A DNA stretch of 63,682 nt from Saprolegnia diclina VS20 (Eukaryota): contig NW_008246110.1 of the NCBI RefSeq assembly GCF_000281045.1, forward strand, positions 377,444-441,125, in the 5' to 3' direction. Positions 49,101 through 60,271 of the stretch are shown piece after piece. Each line of letters opens with the position of its first letter. The first letter of the stretch is position 1. Position numbers and translations under genes: made by a program. A model generated the notes under the pieces. That model saw nothing but the letters and a program-made list of their open reading frames with translations. It did no database searches and was not told the origin of the DNA.

Positions 49101-49636
49101 GAAAGTGGCGTTGGGGAGGGGGTCGTTTCATTTTGTGTTTTTTGGCGTGTGGGGTTTTTCGACCGAAAACCTTTGAACCAAACGGAGCCGTCCCGCTTCC
49201 CCTCGCCCGCCCACCCTCGACGACCATCTGCCGTCGACGAGACCTGCGGACCGAGAGCGCTTCACGAGACGTCCGATCACTACCTCTGTGCCCCGCTGCC
49301 GTGCTTGCTGCGACTCGTACCTTCCGAACGAGCCCCGCCACTGCTGCCCAGTCACCGTCACTTCGATTTGCGGGCCCCATCCAACGTGCGCAAACCAACT
49401 CGCTGCACGTCGACGCCCTCGGTACGTCTTCTTTGCATAAATACAAGCATGGCCCGGACCTCGCGCCGGCCGTGCGCGCCGGCCAAACGGGGTTTGTGGA
49501 CCATGGCCTTTTTCCAGCGGGCCCACCCACCCTATGGCCGGCGCCGATCTTTTGCTTTGCGCATGATGCTCATGCTGCATGCGCGTAGAGTGATTGATCT
49601 ACATTGAGCCATTGCTTGCTGCATTCGATTGCCGCC

Positions 49637-52600
49637 ATGAACACGGTACGATGACGACCGCCATGCGCCAATGCGCTCATCGCCGCCGGTAGCAACTTAT
49701 GAACTCGGGCTTTGAGAACGGCCTCGGGTCGCTCAACAACGCCACACCGACCTTGGACGAGAACACGACGCTGTCGACCAACGCCGACGAGTGGCGCAAC
49801 AAGGAGGCGGACCGCAGCGCCCGCCAGCACATTGCGCGCATCATGTACGCCGATCGCGTCCTCGACGACGACGTCGCTCACACTGCTGTAGCTTGAGCCT
49901 CATCATGAAGAGCGCCAACCGTCCAGTCACAAACAACTACAACCCGCGGGAAATAGCGCGGCGCCTCGAACACACGCTGTACATGAACTCGGCGTCGCGC
50001 GACGAGTACAGCAACCTGTCGACGCTCAAGGTCCGACTGCAGCGCGCGCTCGACAACTCGCGACGAAGGCAGCAAGCCCAGCAGGCTGCCGCGTCGTCGA
50101 CGCCTGCCGAGACGCCGGCGGCACCGGTCCCGGCCAGCGCCAAGCCCAACACTTCAGCCGCTGGCATTACAAGCTCACAGGCCCAAGTGATGCAAAAGGT
50201 CGCACAAGCGCAGATGCAAGCCCAAGCGCAGCTGCACCTACAGGCACAGATGCAGCTCCTTGCGAAGCAGTCGGCCGCGGCAGCACCGACACCGGCCGCG
50301 GCCGCGTCACCGACGGCGTCGACCTCGAACAACATCTTGGAAGAGCTCGAGCGCGAGGCAGACGAGATGGCGAATGCCGGCATCAGCGACCAGCCGCTCG
50401 AAATGCCCATGGCCGAGCTCGAGAGCGCTGTGCCGATGAACAACGTGCCGCTGAGCATGCCGCTCAACATGGGCATGATGAACAACCGCGTGCCCATGAC
50501 GTACGGCATGAACCTCAACATGATGAACCAGACGGCGTACGTGCACCCGACGCAGCTCCAGTTGCAGCAGCTCCAGCAGATGCAGCTCCAGCAAATCCAA
50601 CTGCAAAAGCTCCAGCAGATGCAGCAGCTGCAGCACCAAATGCAGCTCAACGCAGCGGCAAACACCCTGCCCAAAGTCGCGACGACAACAACAACAAGCG
50701 CGCCGTCGGCGACGACGCCGGGGTTTGCCGTGCCGACGCCGGCCGCGCTCGCGACCGAAGTCACCCCCAAGCAGCGCCGTGAAGAATTCCGGAAGCGGCT
50801 CATCCAGCTCAAGCACGCGAGGACGTGCCAGCTGCTGCAGTGCGAAGAAGGGTTCTGCGCCAAGGTCAAGGTGCTCCTTTCGCACGTGTCCAACTGCACA
50901 GACGCGCAGTGCACGACGATCGGGTGCAAGTCGACGCGGCAGCTGCTCTCGCACTACCGCAAGTGCCGGGACATGGCGTGCGACGTGTGCTCGGCGATCC
51001 GCACGCAGAATCCCGCGAGCCAAGCATATGTGCTTCGGCGGCAGCAAGAGCGGCTGTGCATGCTGCGCCACGCCAGCACGTGTGCGATCATTGGGTGCCC
51101 GATGAACTACTGCGCCGACATGAAGGTGCTTTGGAAGCACATTTGCGAGTGCCGGCAGACGCAGTGCACGACCGACCACTGCATTAGCTCCCGCTACGTG
51201 CTGAGCCACTTCAAGCAGTGCCCGAAATCGGACTGCGGCGTGTGCGTGCCAGTCCGGAACGCCATCAAGATCATCGACATGACCAAGAACAACCCGACCG
51301 AGCTCCAGGCGCTTGCGAACGCCTGCACGAACGACGTCAAGGTGCTCATCCGGCAGATGACGACGACTCCGATCCAGGCGTCGGACGCGCTCGACCCGTC
51401 CGAGACGGCCAAGCCCCTTGTGATCCCGTCGGCGTCGCCAGCGCTCCTAAAGAACAACAGCTTGGGCCAGCTGCCCATGCCGACAGCAGCGGCCGCCGCG
51501 ATGCAGAACAAGCTCAAGCAAACCAAGGCCACGAAAGCCAAGGGACCGTTGCCGGCGGTGCCGCCGACGGCGGCCAAGCCCAAAGCTCCCGTGCCGACCG
51601 CCAAACCGCCCGGCGAGGACGCCAAGACTGCCAAGAAGAAGGACCCCGGACTACCAGGCTTGTCGCCCAACGTGCCGCCAGCGCTGACGCCGATGACGGC
51701 GCCGGCTCTTGTTGCGTCGCCGGGGCCCGGGAAAGCCAAGGCGCCGGCCAACGAGAAGGACAAGAAGATCCGGCGCAAGGAGCAGGCGCGCATTGCAAAA
51801 GAGCGGGTCAAGGCCAAGCAAGACGACCCCAAGCCGCCAGTGTCGACGCTCGTGATCACGCCGTCGGCGGTGCCCGGGTCTGTCGTGTCGAGCACGCCGA
51901 GCACGCAAGACATTTCGTACCTTGACTCGATGTCGGAGGCGCAGTTGGACGAGCACATTCGGTCGCTGCGGTTCAACTTTTGCGGGCACATCACGATCGT
52001 CGAGCTCAAGAACCGACTGCTGCCACTGCTCACAAGTCTCATGGAGACTGAGAGCGGATGGGCGTTCAACCACCCCGTGGACCCGGTCCAGTGGAACATT
52101 CCGGATTACCTGGACGTGATCAAGTGCCCGATGGACCTCGGGACGATCAAGAAGCGCCTCGAGGCCGAGCACTATGTGAGCGTCGACTCGTTTGCGTCGG
52201 ACGTGCGCTTGACGTTTGAGAATTGCATCGCGTACAACAGCAGCACCAACAAGTTCAACATTGCCGCCAAAGCGCTGCTTGCGCAGTTTGAGACGGACCT
52301 CGCGGCGCTCAAGACGACGCTCGAGGACGAGCTCAACAAGCGCTGCGAGCTCCGGCGCGAAGAAATGTGCCAGCTCTGCGGCGGCGACTCGTTCAAGTTT
52401 GCGCCGTGCATGCTCTTTTGCTCGGGGCCGTGTGCCGGGCGCATTCGGCGCCATACGCACTATTACAGCGACCCGCGCGGCGAGTACCATTGGTGCTCGG
52501 GCTGCTACAAGCAGATGAAGGACGGGCCGCTCGACATGAGCTTGCTCCCGGCGTCGACGAATGCGTCGGGCGAAGAGCCGCTCAAGACCATCCTTCTCAA

Positions 52601-55268
52601 GGCGCACTTGCTCAAGAAGAAGAACAGCGAGGTCGCTGAGGAGCCGTGGGTCGAGTGCGACAGCTGCAAGTTGTGGTACCATCAGATCTGCGGTCTCTTC
52701 AACGAGCGCAACCATGCGATTTCGGGCGAGCAAGAGCCATTTGTGTGTCCGTTCTGCACCAAGAAGCAGCGGCAGCAAGGTGCGCCGACGTCGACCAAGC
52801 AGCCGCTCCAAGCGAGTCGGCTCCCGGTGACGCGCATGGCGACGCGGATCGAAAAGCGCGTCGTCGACGCGCTCGCCAAGGCCCAAGAAGAAGAAATGTC
52901 GCGGCTCGGGTCACTCGGCAACATTGAGAGCGACGGCAGCAGTGCGCTGCATCCCAAGTCGGAGACGCCGACGCCGTCGTTTGCCATCACGATCCGCGAG
53001 GTGCTCTCGGTCGACAAGCAAGTGCAAATGAAACCGCGCATGGCCAAGATGTTTGCGCTCAAAGGGTCGCCCAAGGCAAGCGAGGCGAGTGGGACCAAGC
53101 GCAGCAAGAATGCGAGCGAGAGTGCGTCGGCCAAGAAGGCCAAGCTCGACGAGTCCAACAAGGCCAAGAAGGTGGCCAAGAAGACCGACAAGTTTGAGCT
53201 GACGTACCGGTCGCGCTGTATTTGCGTCTTCCAGGAGCTCGACGGCGTCGACGTGCTCATCTTTACGTTGTACGTGCAAGAGTATGGCGAGCAGTGCGCT
53301 GAGCCCAACCGCGGCCGCGTCTACATCTCGTATCTCGACTCGGTCGCGTACTTTCAACCGAAAAAGTTCCGCGTCCTCATGCACCAGCAAGTGATCCTCG
53401 GGTTTTTGGACGACGCCAAGATGCGCGGGTACCACACGGCGCACATTTGGTCGTGCCCGCCGCTCAAAGGCGACGACTACATCTTCTTTTGCAAGCCCGA
53501 GAACCAGAAGATCCCCAAGGCCGCGCGGCTGCGGTCGTGGTACTCGAAGCTGCTCCAAGGCGCCAAGAAGGAAGGGCTTGTGTACAACATCTCGAACCTC
53601 TACGCCGAGTACTATGTCAAGAAGAAGACTGCGCTCGAGTTGCCGTACTTTGAAGGCGACTACTGGCCGCGGCTCGCCGAAGACCTCATCAAGCAAGTCG
53701 AAGACAAGGCGAGTGGCAAGGGCAACGGCAAGACGTCGGGCAAAGCGTCGTGCAAGACGGACGAGGTGGCGCCGTCGGCGTCGCCGCCAACGACATCGTC
53801 GACGCCGACCGAGACGCACAGCGACGCGGCAACGACCGCCACCGCGAGTGCGGTCGCCAAGCCCGTCAAGACCAAAAGCGAAGTCAACAACGACCCGATC
53901 ATGCAAAAGCTCAAGGCGATCCTCGAGCCGCAGAAGGAAGACTTTTTTGTTGTCGACCTGCATCCGCGCTGCCACAAGTGCACCTCGTCGGTGATCAACA
54001 AGATGTTTTGGGCGCTCAAGACGCTGGCGCCGCCCGATGCCGTCGACAACGTCATTGAGGGACTGAAGAAGGCCAAGTCGGCGCAACTCAAGTCGTCGAT
54101 GGTACCCCGGCACTACACGCACTACTACTGCGCGCCGTGCTACGAGAGCTCGAAAACAAGCCTCCTCGCGCGCGTCGAGGCCGCGGCCGCCGGTGCCAAG
54201 AAAGCCCAAGAGCTCTTGGCGCTCGTGAGCGCTGCGTCCGACCCCGCTTCGTTCAACTACAACGCGTGTGCCATCGAAGTCCAGGACCTCAAGTTTGAAC
54301 TCTCGCTTTCGTGTGTCACAAGCTCGCTCCTGCCCGATCAAGAGACTGGCGCCGACCACCCGATGGTCGAGACCGCGCTCGAGCCCGACGAAGATGCGCT
54401 CATGCCGTGCGAGATCTTCGACACGCGTGAAGCGTTCCTGATGTACTGCCAGAACAACCACTGCCAGTTTGACCAAGTGCGCCGGTCCAAGCACTCGAGC
54501 ATGATGGTACTGTACCACCTCTTCAACCAAGGCACGACGGGCTTTACGTTCTCTTGTGCGAAATGCGCGATGACGCTCACAAGCGGCCACCGCTGGAACT
54601 GCTCGATCTGCCTCAACTTTAACCTCTGCGACGGCTGCCGCGGCAAGGCCAAGCACGAACACCCGCTCCATGCATTCCACATTGTGTCGATCCCGCAGCC
54701 AAAGTACAAGACGTCGGCCGAGACGGACGCGCTCAACGCACTGCCCGCGCCCGCGCCGCTCCAGCAAAAGAAGAAGCAAAAGAAGCAGCCGGCGGCCAAG
54801 AAGGGCAAGGGCAGTTTGAAGAAGACGACCAAGACAGAGCCAGTGCCGGCCGCGGTACTGACGCCCGCGCCCGACGCGACACAGGTCGTGCCCAAAGTCG
54901 AGCCCGTGGCCGCGCCGGCCGCCACGCCGCCTCCGCAGCAACCGCAGCAACGGATCGTCGACCCGCAGCTGCTCGTGCAGCTCGAGCACGCCAGCTTGTG
55001 CCAAGTGGGCGACGCATGCACGTACGTCAACTGCAACCGGATGCGCGCGATGCTCAAGCACGGCGCGACGTGCGAGGCGCGCAAGCTCGGGCCGTGCCAG
55101 CTCTGCAAGCGCATCGTCGGGCTCCTCTCGGCTCACGCCAAGCAGTGCACCAAGCCCTTGAACGAGTGCAAGGTGCCCCGCTGCACGGAGATCCGACGCC
55201 TCGTGCAGCAGCACCAAATGCGCGCCGCGGCCGCCGACACCAAAAGCGAACCGGCGGCGTCGACCTAG
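49637..55268 (+). CDS. CBP/p300-family histone acetyltransferase (KIX-like, TAZ, TAZ, Bromo, PHD, KAT11 HAT, ZZ, TAZ)
   Basis: Bromo WAFNHPVDP...YLDVIKCPMDLGTI; HAT VYISYLDS, HIWSCPPLKGDDYIF, PYFEGDYWP; ZZ CAKC...WNCSICLNFNLCDGC; TAZ LRHASTC; Gln-rich linker; two short 5' introns (after MNT, and 49845-49891). Confidence 0.96.
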
Positions 55269-55666
55269 CGTGGATGGCTGTAACTTATTTATCACAATTT
55301 GTGGTGTACGTCCATCGATCGGCTCGACTTGGCTTTGCTGATGTACCTTAAGGGCGGACGAAGCCGAGAGCGACGGGTCTCGATACTAGTAGATCACAGA
55401 ATCGGCTTTGAGCGCACCCACTGTGCGGGGTAGGGCAGGGCTAGGGTAGGCGCCCCCGCGGCGAGGGTTGCAGATGAGCGTTGCCGCACACCACACAGTG
55501 CTACACCTATCGTTGTATCTATCTATCGATCGATCGACCAATCTATCTAGTGACGTCGCGTGGGATACTTGCGTCAGAGTTGACAGTCGTATGGCCACTA
55601 CGTCCAATCTAAGAAGCAACGGGATCGTTTTGCAGCTTGTATAGTGTACTCGTACGAGGATTATAT

Positions 55667-55700
55667 CTAGTACGTGGGAGCCACTAGTACGTGGGAACCA
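55667..55700. repeat. 17-bp tandem duplication just downstream of the ODC-like stop codon
   Basis: CTAGTACGTGGGAGCCA CTAGTACGTGGGAACCA. Confidence 0.8.
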
Positions 55701-55704
55701 CTCA

Positions 55705-56823
55705 TCATGGAAGGTAGAGCGTCGTGAGGCACTTGGCAAAGTCCATGCCGTTGAAGGTCGTGGCAAAGACGTGGGTGTAGGCGCCCATGCGCTTGTACTG
55801 GAGCCAGTCGCCGACGCTGCGCTCTCCCATTTTCAAGTTCTTTGAGAGCACGTCGCCGCCGTGGCACGTGTCGCCGTACACGTGACTTACGAACGTCTCA
55901 CGCTCGTCTTCGTGTTCGAGGGTCGGGTTGAGCTTCCCAAACGGCGCAAAGAAGAAGGAGCCGTGGATGCTCTCGTGCACAAAGTAGTCGATGACGCGAC
56001 TGGCACTGCGCACGCGCTTGCCGAGAATGCGCAAATGCAGAGTGCACACGGTCTCGGCAAAGAACCGACCGGGCTCAGCGATCACGCGGAGCGTCGGCGT
56101 TGGGCCAAAGCTCGTACGCACCGCTTCGTTGATCGCAGCCACGACGCCGGCGTGCAAAGGGGATGCGAACCCCCCACCAATGTTGAGCGTGTCGATACAA
56201 AACCCAAACTCGGTGGTCGCCATGCGGATGCAGTCGGCGGCTTGCGCAATGGCTTGGGCGTACGCGGTCGGGTTCATGCAGCCCGACCCGAGGTGGAAGC
56301 AGATCCCGCGCACGGGCAGCGCGAGCGCCTTGGCTTCAGCCAAGAGCGATGGCCAGTCGGCGGCGTCGGCACCAAACTTGTCGCCCATGCGAAGCAGCGC
56401 GTTGTCGTCACCGCACTTGAGGCGCAGCGAGAGGTTGATGTCGCCAGTTGCATGCGCCTTGATCTTGTGGAGCTCGTCGATGCTGTCAAAGCTCATTTGG
56501 GCGACGCCCGCGGCCGTCGCAGTGCGAATGTCAACCTCGCGCTTCATCGGGTTGGCGTACAGAATATCATCAGGCGATGCGCCGAGCGACTGGACGAGCG
56601 CGATCTCGGCCGGCGACGCGCAGTCGTACCCAACGCCAGCCGCGTGCAGCGCCGAGACGAGGCGGACGTCCGAGTTGCACTTGACGGCGTAGAAAGGACG
56701 GATGCTGGGAAAGGCGGTGCGCCACTCGGCCATGAGGCGTGGCACCTCGGCGAGGTTGAACGTGTAGATGGCAGTCGCGTCCGGCGTCGCCTCGATCGAC
56801 TCCTGCACGTGCGTCGGAAGCAT
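55705..56823 (-). CDS. Group IV PLP-dependent decarboxylase, ornithine-decarboxylase family, with divergent substrate site
   Basis: PFYAVKCN (PLP lysine), GYDCAS, YANPMK, FHLGSG, NIGGGF, AEPGRFF, GDTCHGGD, MGAYT. Strong Kozak context GCCACCATG at 56823. Confidence 0.9.
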   Translation of the reverse strand: MLPTHVQESIEATPDATAIYTFNLAEVPRLMAEWRTAFPSIRPFYAVKCNSDVRLVSALHAAGVGYDCASPAEIALVQSLGASPDDILYANPMKREVDIRTATAAGVAQMSFDSIDELHKIKAHATGDINLSLRLKCGDDNALLRMGDKFGADAADWPSLLAEAKALALPVRGICFHLGSGCMNPTAYAQAIAQAADCIRMATTEFGFCIDTLNIGGGFASPLHAGVVAAINEAVRTSFGPTPTLRVIAEPGRFFAETVCTLHLRILGKRVRSASRVIDYFVHESIHGSFFFAPFGKLNPTLEHEDERETFVSHVYGDTCHGGDVLSKNLKMGERSVGDWLQYKRMGAYTHVFATTFNGMDFAKCLTTLYLP

Positions 56824-56847
56824 GGTGGCGCGTCGCGAGCAATTCAA

Positions 56848-56874
56848 TTATGCGACTTTGCCGCCGTGCGCCAT
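56848..56874 (-). promoter_or_regulatory. Candidate uORF (MAHGGKVA*) in the 5' leader of the ODC-like gene
   Basis: ATG GCG CAC GGC GGC AAA GTC GCA TAA, in frame with the main ATG and ending 24 nt before it. Confidence 0.35.
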
Positions 56875-57272
56875 GTGACAGGCAAAGTGAACTTGACACG
56901 CGCGCACTGACACGCGCACTCATCACGCGCTATACAAATACGCTGTGTAGTTTGAGGACAGAAGTCGGTGAACGCGCGCTCTTGGCATGCGGCGTCTCCA
57001 CCCGTCTTCGGCGCTGCCCATCTCCAACCATGGTGGCACGGACAAGCGATGCAGCAACCGCCGTGCCGTGTACTGTACATACTGGCTACATAGTTGGAGT
57101 GCAAGGTGCGCTAACAAGGTGCTGTGCAAGATACTGCAAGAGTTGGCTTCAAGCCGCGCGGCGCTGCAAAGAGGGTCGTACAAGCTGCCACGTTGCTCTG
57201 TCTTTGGGCCCAGCGACATAGACACACGCTTACTGCGGCCTCCTGCTTCTTGTACACAGTACATCTCGCCAT

Positions 57273-58379
57273 ATGAAGCTCACATCGACGTTAACCGGGA
57301 GAGACTTGCTCGAGAGCCTCCAGTGGTTCTACGAGCAGTCGCCACCGACAACCGGCTCCACTTCGCCGATCGTTGCGAGCCCCATTCGACAACGACGGGG
57401 AAGTACGGTGACCCAAGACCAGCTGCACGCGGTGCAGCTCAAGATCGAAGCGCACCAAGAGCGTACGCGCGACGCTGGCGTCCTCAACACAATCGCATGG
57501 CTGCGCGCCCACGACGACGAACAGACCGCGCCAAAAGCCACGGGTTTTCTTGCGTCCGTGCTGCAGTTTTTGCATGTCACTGACGACCCGGTCCTTGCCA
57601 CGGACTCGAGTAGTACCAAGACTAGCGACAAGCCGTCTTGGCGTCTGCCGCGGCACTGGGCCGAGCACTCGCTCCGCGTACAGTGGAACGAGCTCGGATA
57701 CCGGCTCCTCAACGCTCCGTTCTATGTCGACATGATGCAGGCGCGCAAGATCATCCTCTCGGGCGAGCTCCTGTATGCCACCGACGACGAGTGCAAGGCG
57801 TTTGCGAGTTGGCTCGACGGGTTCTTCGTGCACATTGAACTCCTCCAGCAGCTCAAGCAGCGCTTTCTGCGTCTCAAGAGCGCTCTCTGCGGCCGACAGC
57901 TCACCGTCTCGACCCAATATGGTCGCGCCAACTCGCTCTACAACGAGTCGATTCGGTTCATGCACGCCAAGCCGATCGCGCTCTACGGCGAGAAGGTCCT
58001 CGAGTTTCTCAACGAGCTGGAGATGACGCTTTGGGACGAAGAAGAGGCAATCGCCGACGTCAACCGACACATCACCAACGCTGACGACGAGCGACACGCG
58101 GTCGCTTGCCTCTTTGCCGAAGTGAATGCGACCGAGCCCGCCGGCGTCGTCGTTGCCAAGCTCGTGGCGTGGATGCCCCAGGCGCTCGACGCCAGCGATG
58201 TCCGCGCCTTTGTGCAGCTGTTTGGCGACGACGTGCAAAGCTGCATCTCAGGCATCTGGCTCCGTGCGTACGCCCAGCACCTGCACCTCCTTGAAGCCTT
58301 TGAGGTCGACTTGAGTGCCACCACAGCCTACTCGCGGTCCCGCGTCGATGTATCACCGTTGCCTTCCACTAGCTACTAG
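57273..58379 (+). CDS. Hypothetical 368-aa, predominantly alpha-helical protein
   Basis: Intronless ORF with coding-like composition, divergent from the ODC-like gene. Weak resemblance to hemerythrin-like helical bundles. Confidence 0.7.
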   Translation: MKLTSTLTGRDLLESLQWFYEQSPPTTGSTSPIVASPIRQRRGSTVTQDQLHAVQLKIEAHQERTRDAGVLNTIAWLRAHDDEQTAPKATGFLASVLQFLHVTDDPVLATDSSSTKTSDKPSWRLPRHWAEHSLRVQWNELGYRLLNAPFYVDMMQARKIILSGELLYATDDECKAFASWLDGFFVHIELLQQLKQRFLRLKSALCGRQLTVSTQYGRANSLYNESIRFMHAKPIALYGEKVLEFLNELEMTLWDEEEAIADVNRHITNADDERHAVACLFAEVNATEPAGVVVAKLVAWMPQALDASDVRAFVQLFGDDVQSCISGIWLRAYAQHLHLLEAFEVDLSATTAYSRSRVDVSPLPSTSY

Positions 58380-58502
58380 TCTGTACGAAACCACTATCTA
58401 TTCACTGGCCTCCCAATAAGTTCTTACGCTTTCTTGGTTTAAATGACGTGGCAGCCTCTGCGCGTAACGATCTTCCACGTTGCACTTGTCTTGGTCGATG
58501 AC

Positions 58503-60183
58503 TCATGGAAGGTACGTTTCGCCAAAATCATCGACCTCGTCATGTGGTTGGTCCCACGACCACGGCTCGTCCTGCCGCGTGTTGTACGTTGTCGGCGGCC
58601 ACTTGTATGGTAGCGGACAGCGGAGACCCGATGCGCGGTCGTCGTCGTTGTCGGTAGATGTCATGCCCGACCACACGAGGCGTTGGGACGGTGTCGGCAG
58701 AAACAGCACGCCGAGCTCATACGACCGGATCATAAACTGGGACTTTTGCTTTTGGTAGCTGCCCCACGCCGCTTGGCTTAGATTCGCGCTCGTCAGCAGC
58801 GCAAAGTCCAAGGTGCCGTCGACGCCGATGCGCGCAAACGTCTAGTACTCCTTCAGACAACTTGTCCAAAGATGTGTGTACCTTGATATGCGGCATGGCG
58901 CGTGTGCGCTGGAGCGACGCGGGTGGGTCCCACGTGCGAAGGTACCGGTGCAAGAACGGTTTGAGGTTCTTTAGAGGACAGGGCAGAGACCGGCCGGCCG
59001 CATAGCCTTCGATCGAGCTTCGCTACGAGCCGACAAGCTCGACGCAGCGCACGAGAGAAGGTCGTACCACTGCGGCGACAGACGGCCAGATCATGTGAAA
59101 GCCCCGTGGAGCTGGCAACGGGGACGGCGGCGCAAGCGAAAAACTGGCCAGAAAGTCCCGCAGCCACGCTTCCGTAAGGGACCCGAGGCTGGAAAACTAG
59201 GCGCGTCGTCGGGACCACATGGAACGGTGAGATCGAACCTGGGCCACGATGGGCTGGGACGGCGCGACGGCGACACCGTGGTCTTGAAGCACCCTAGATG
59301 CATCCACGTGTGAGCGACTTCCATTCGCCATCCGAGACGAGAATGTACTTGCGCAGGCGAAGATGGCCATATCGTGCCATATCTACCATCCAACGCTTTG
59401 TAAACCAAGTGACCAACAAGGACGTTGGTACCATCCGGTGTCATGTAGACGCCTGGCACCGATGCAATGAGAGTCACCGTGGCAGCGCCAAAGTCGTACA
59501 GCGATAGCTTGGCGGCCGCCATCGTCGCCACGGACGGGTGCAGCGCCGAGAGGTACTGCGTCAGCTCCTTCTCAAAGTCCGTAGTGGGTTCCGTGGCGCT
59601 TGTCGAGCGCAGTGGAAAGTCTTGGTACCAAACGCCTTGCGTTTTGGCATCCCAGTCGGACGCAACGAAGTTGGCCGTGAAGATCGCAACACGAACAGAC
59701 GCCGCGTAAAAAAGCACCTGGCATCCTCAGTCCACTCACACACGGTCATCTGTACCATCATCTTGGTGTGGTGGGTGCCGTATGGAATCGGAAGCGGCGG
59801 CGCGAGTACTCGAATGTTGGCGCACGCTGCACAGGCAGCGCGCATGCTACACAGCAGCAGCCTCAGACACGACACCCGATACAGCATAGCTACGTGGTCT
59901 GGTCGCTGCCATGACACAGCAGGACGGGCACGGACGTTAGCTGCGGCGACTGCTCAAGGAGCCATGGCACATCTACCTTGTAGTTGGTCAAGATGGCGTG
60001 CGTAAAGGCGCCGGCGAGCAGGTCGCGCAGTCCGATGCAGTCGTCTACGCCGCGCATGGCTTCAAGCCGCGAGACTGCGGTGGGCGTACCGTTGGCGCCG
60101 CGTGCAGGGCTTGCGAGCGACGTCAAGCGGAACGCCATCGGCATCGGCGTCGGCTTGGAGCGCTTCACGGCCCGCTCGTCCAT
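58503..60183 (-). CDS. TDP1: Tyrosyl-DNA phosphodiesterase 1
   Basis: Two HxK motifs (YGTHHTKMM, AMPHIK), IFTANF, QGVW, LIASVPG, QFSSLGSL, TSANLSQAAWG, IRSYELGVLF. The frame stays intact after removing about 7 short introns. Confidence 0.95.
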
Positions 60184-60271
60184 ACGTCCTCGGAAACTCG
60201 ATTTTTCAGATTTTAGATTGCACTTTTTACGGTTACGTGGCGCCAGTCCGGTTCCGAATCCCCATCGTAAG

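Noticed and set aside
52911..55295. 794-aa minus-strand ORF, plus similar long antisense ORFs (19256-20920, 23469-24965, 7413-8693, 63-1166, 12709-14157)
   Set aside because: These are shadow ORFs opposite real genes, caused by GC3-rich codon bias; they have Arg/Val/Leu-rich composition and no motifs.
58850..59460. Apparent multiple frameshifts in TDP1
   Set aside because: All are resolved by short canonical introns.
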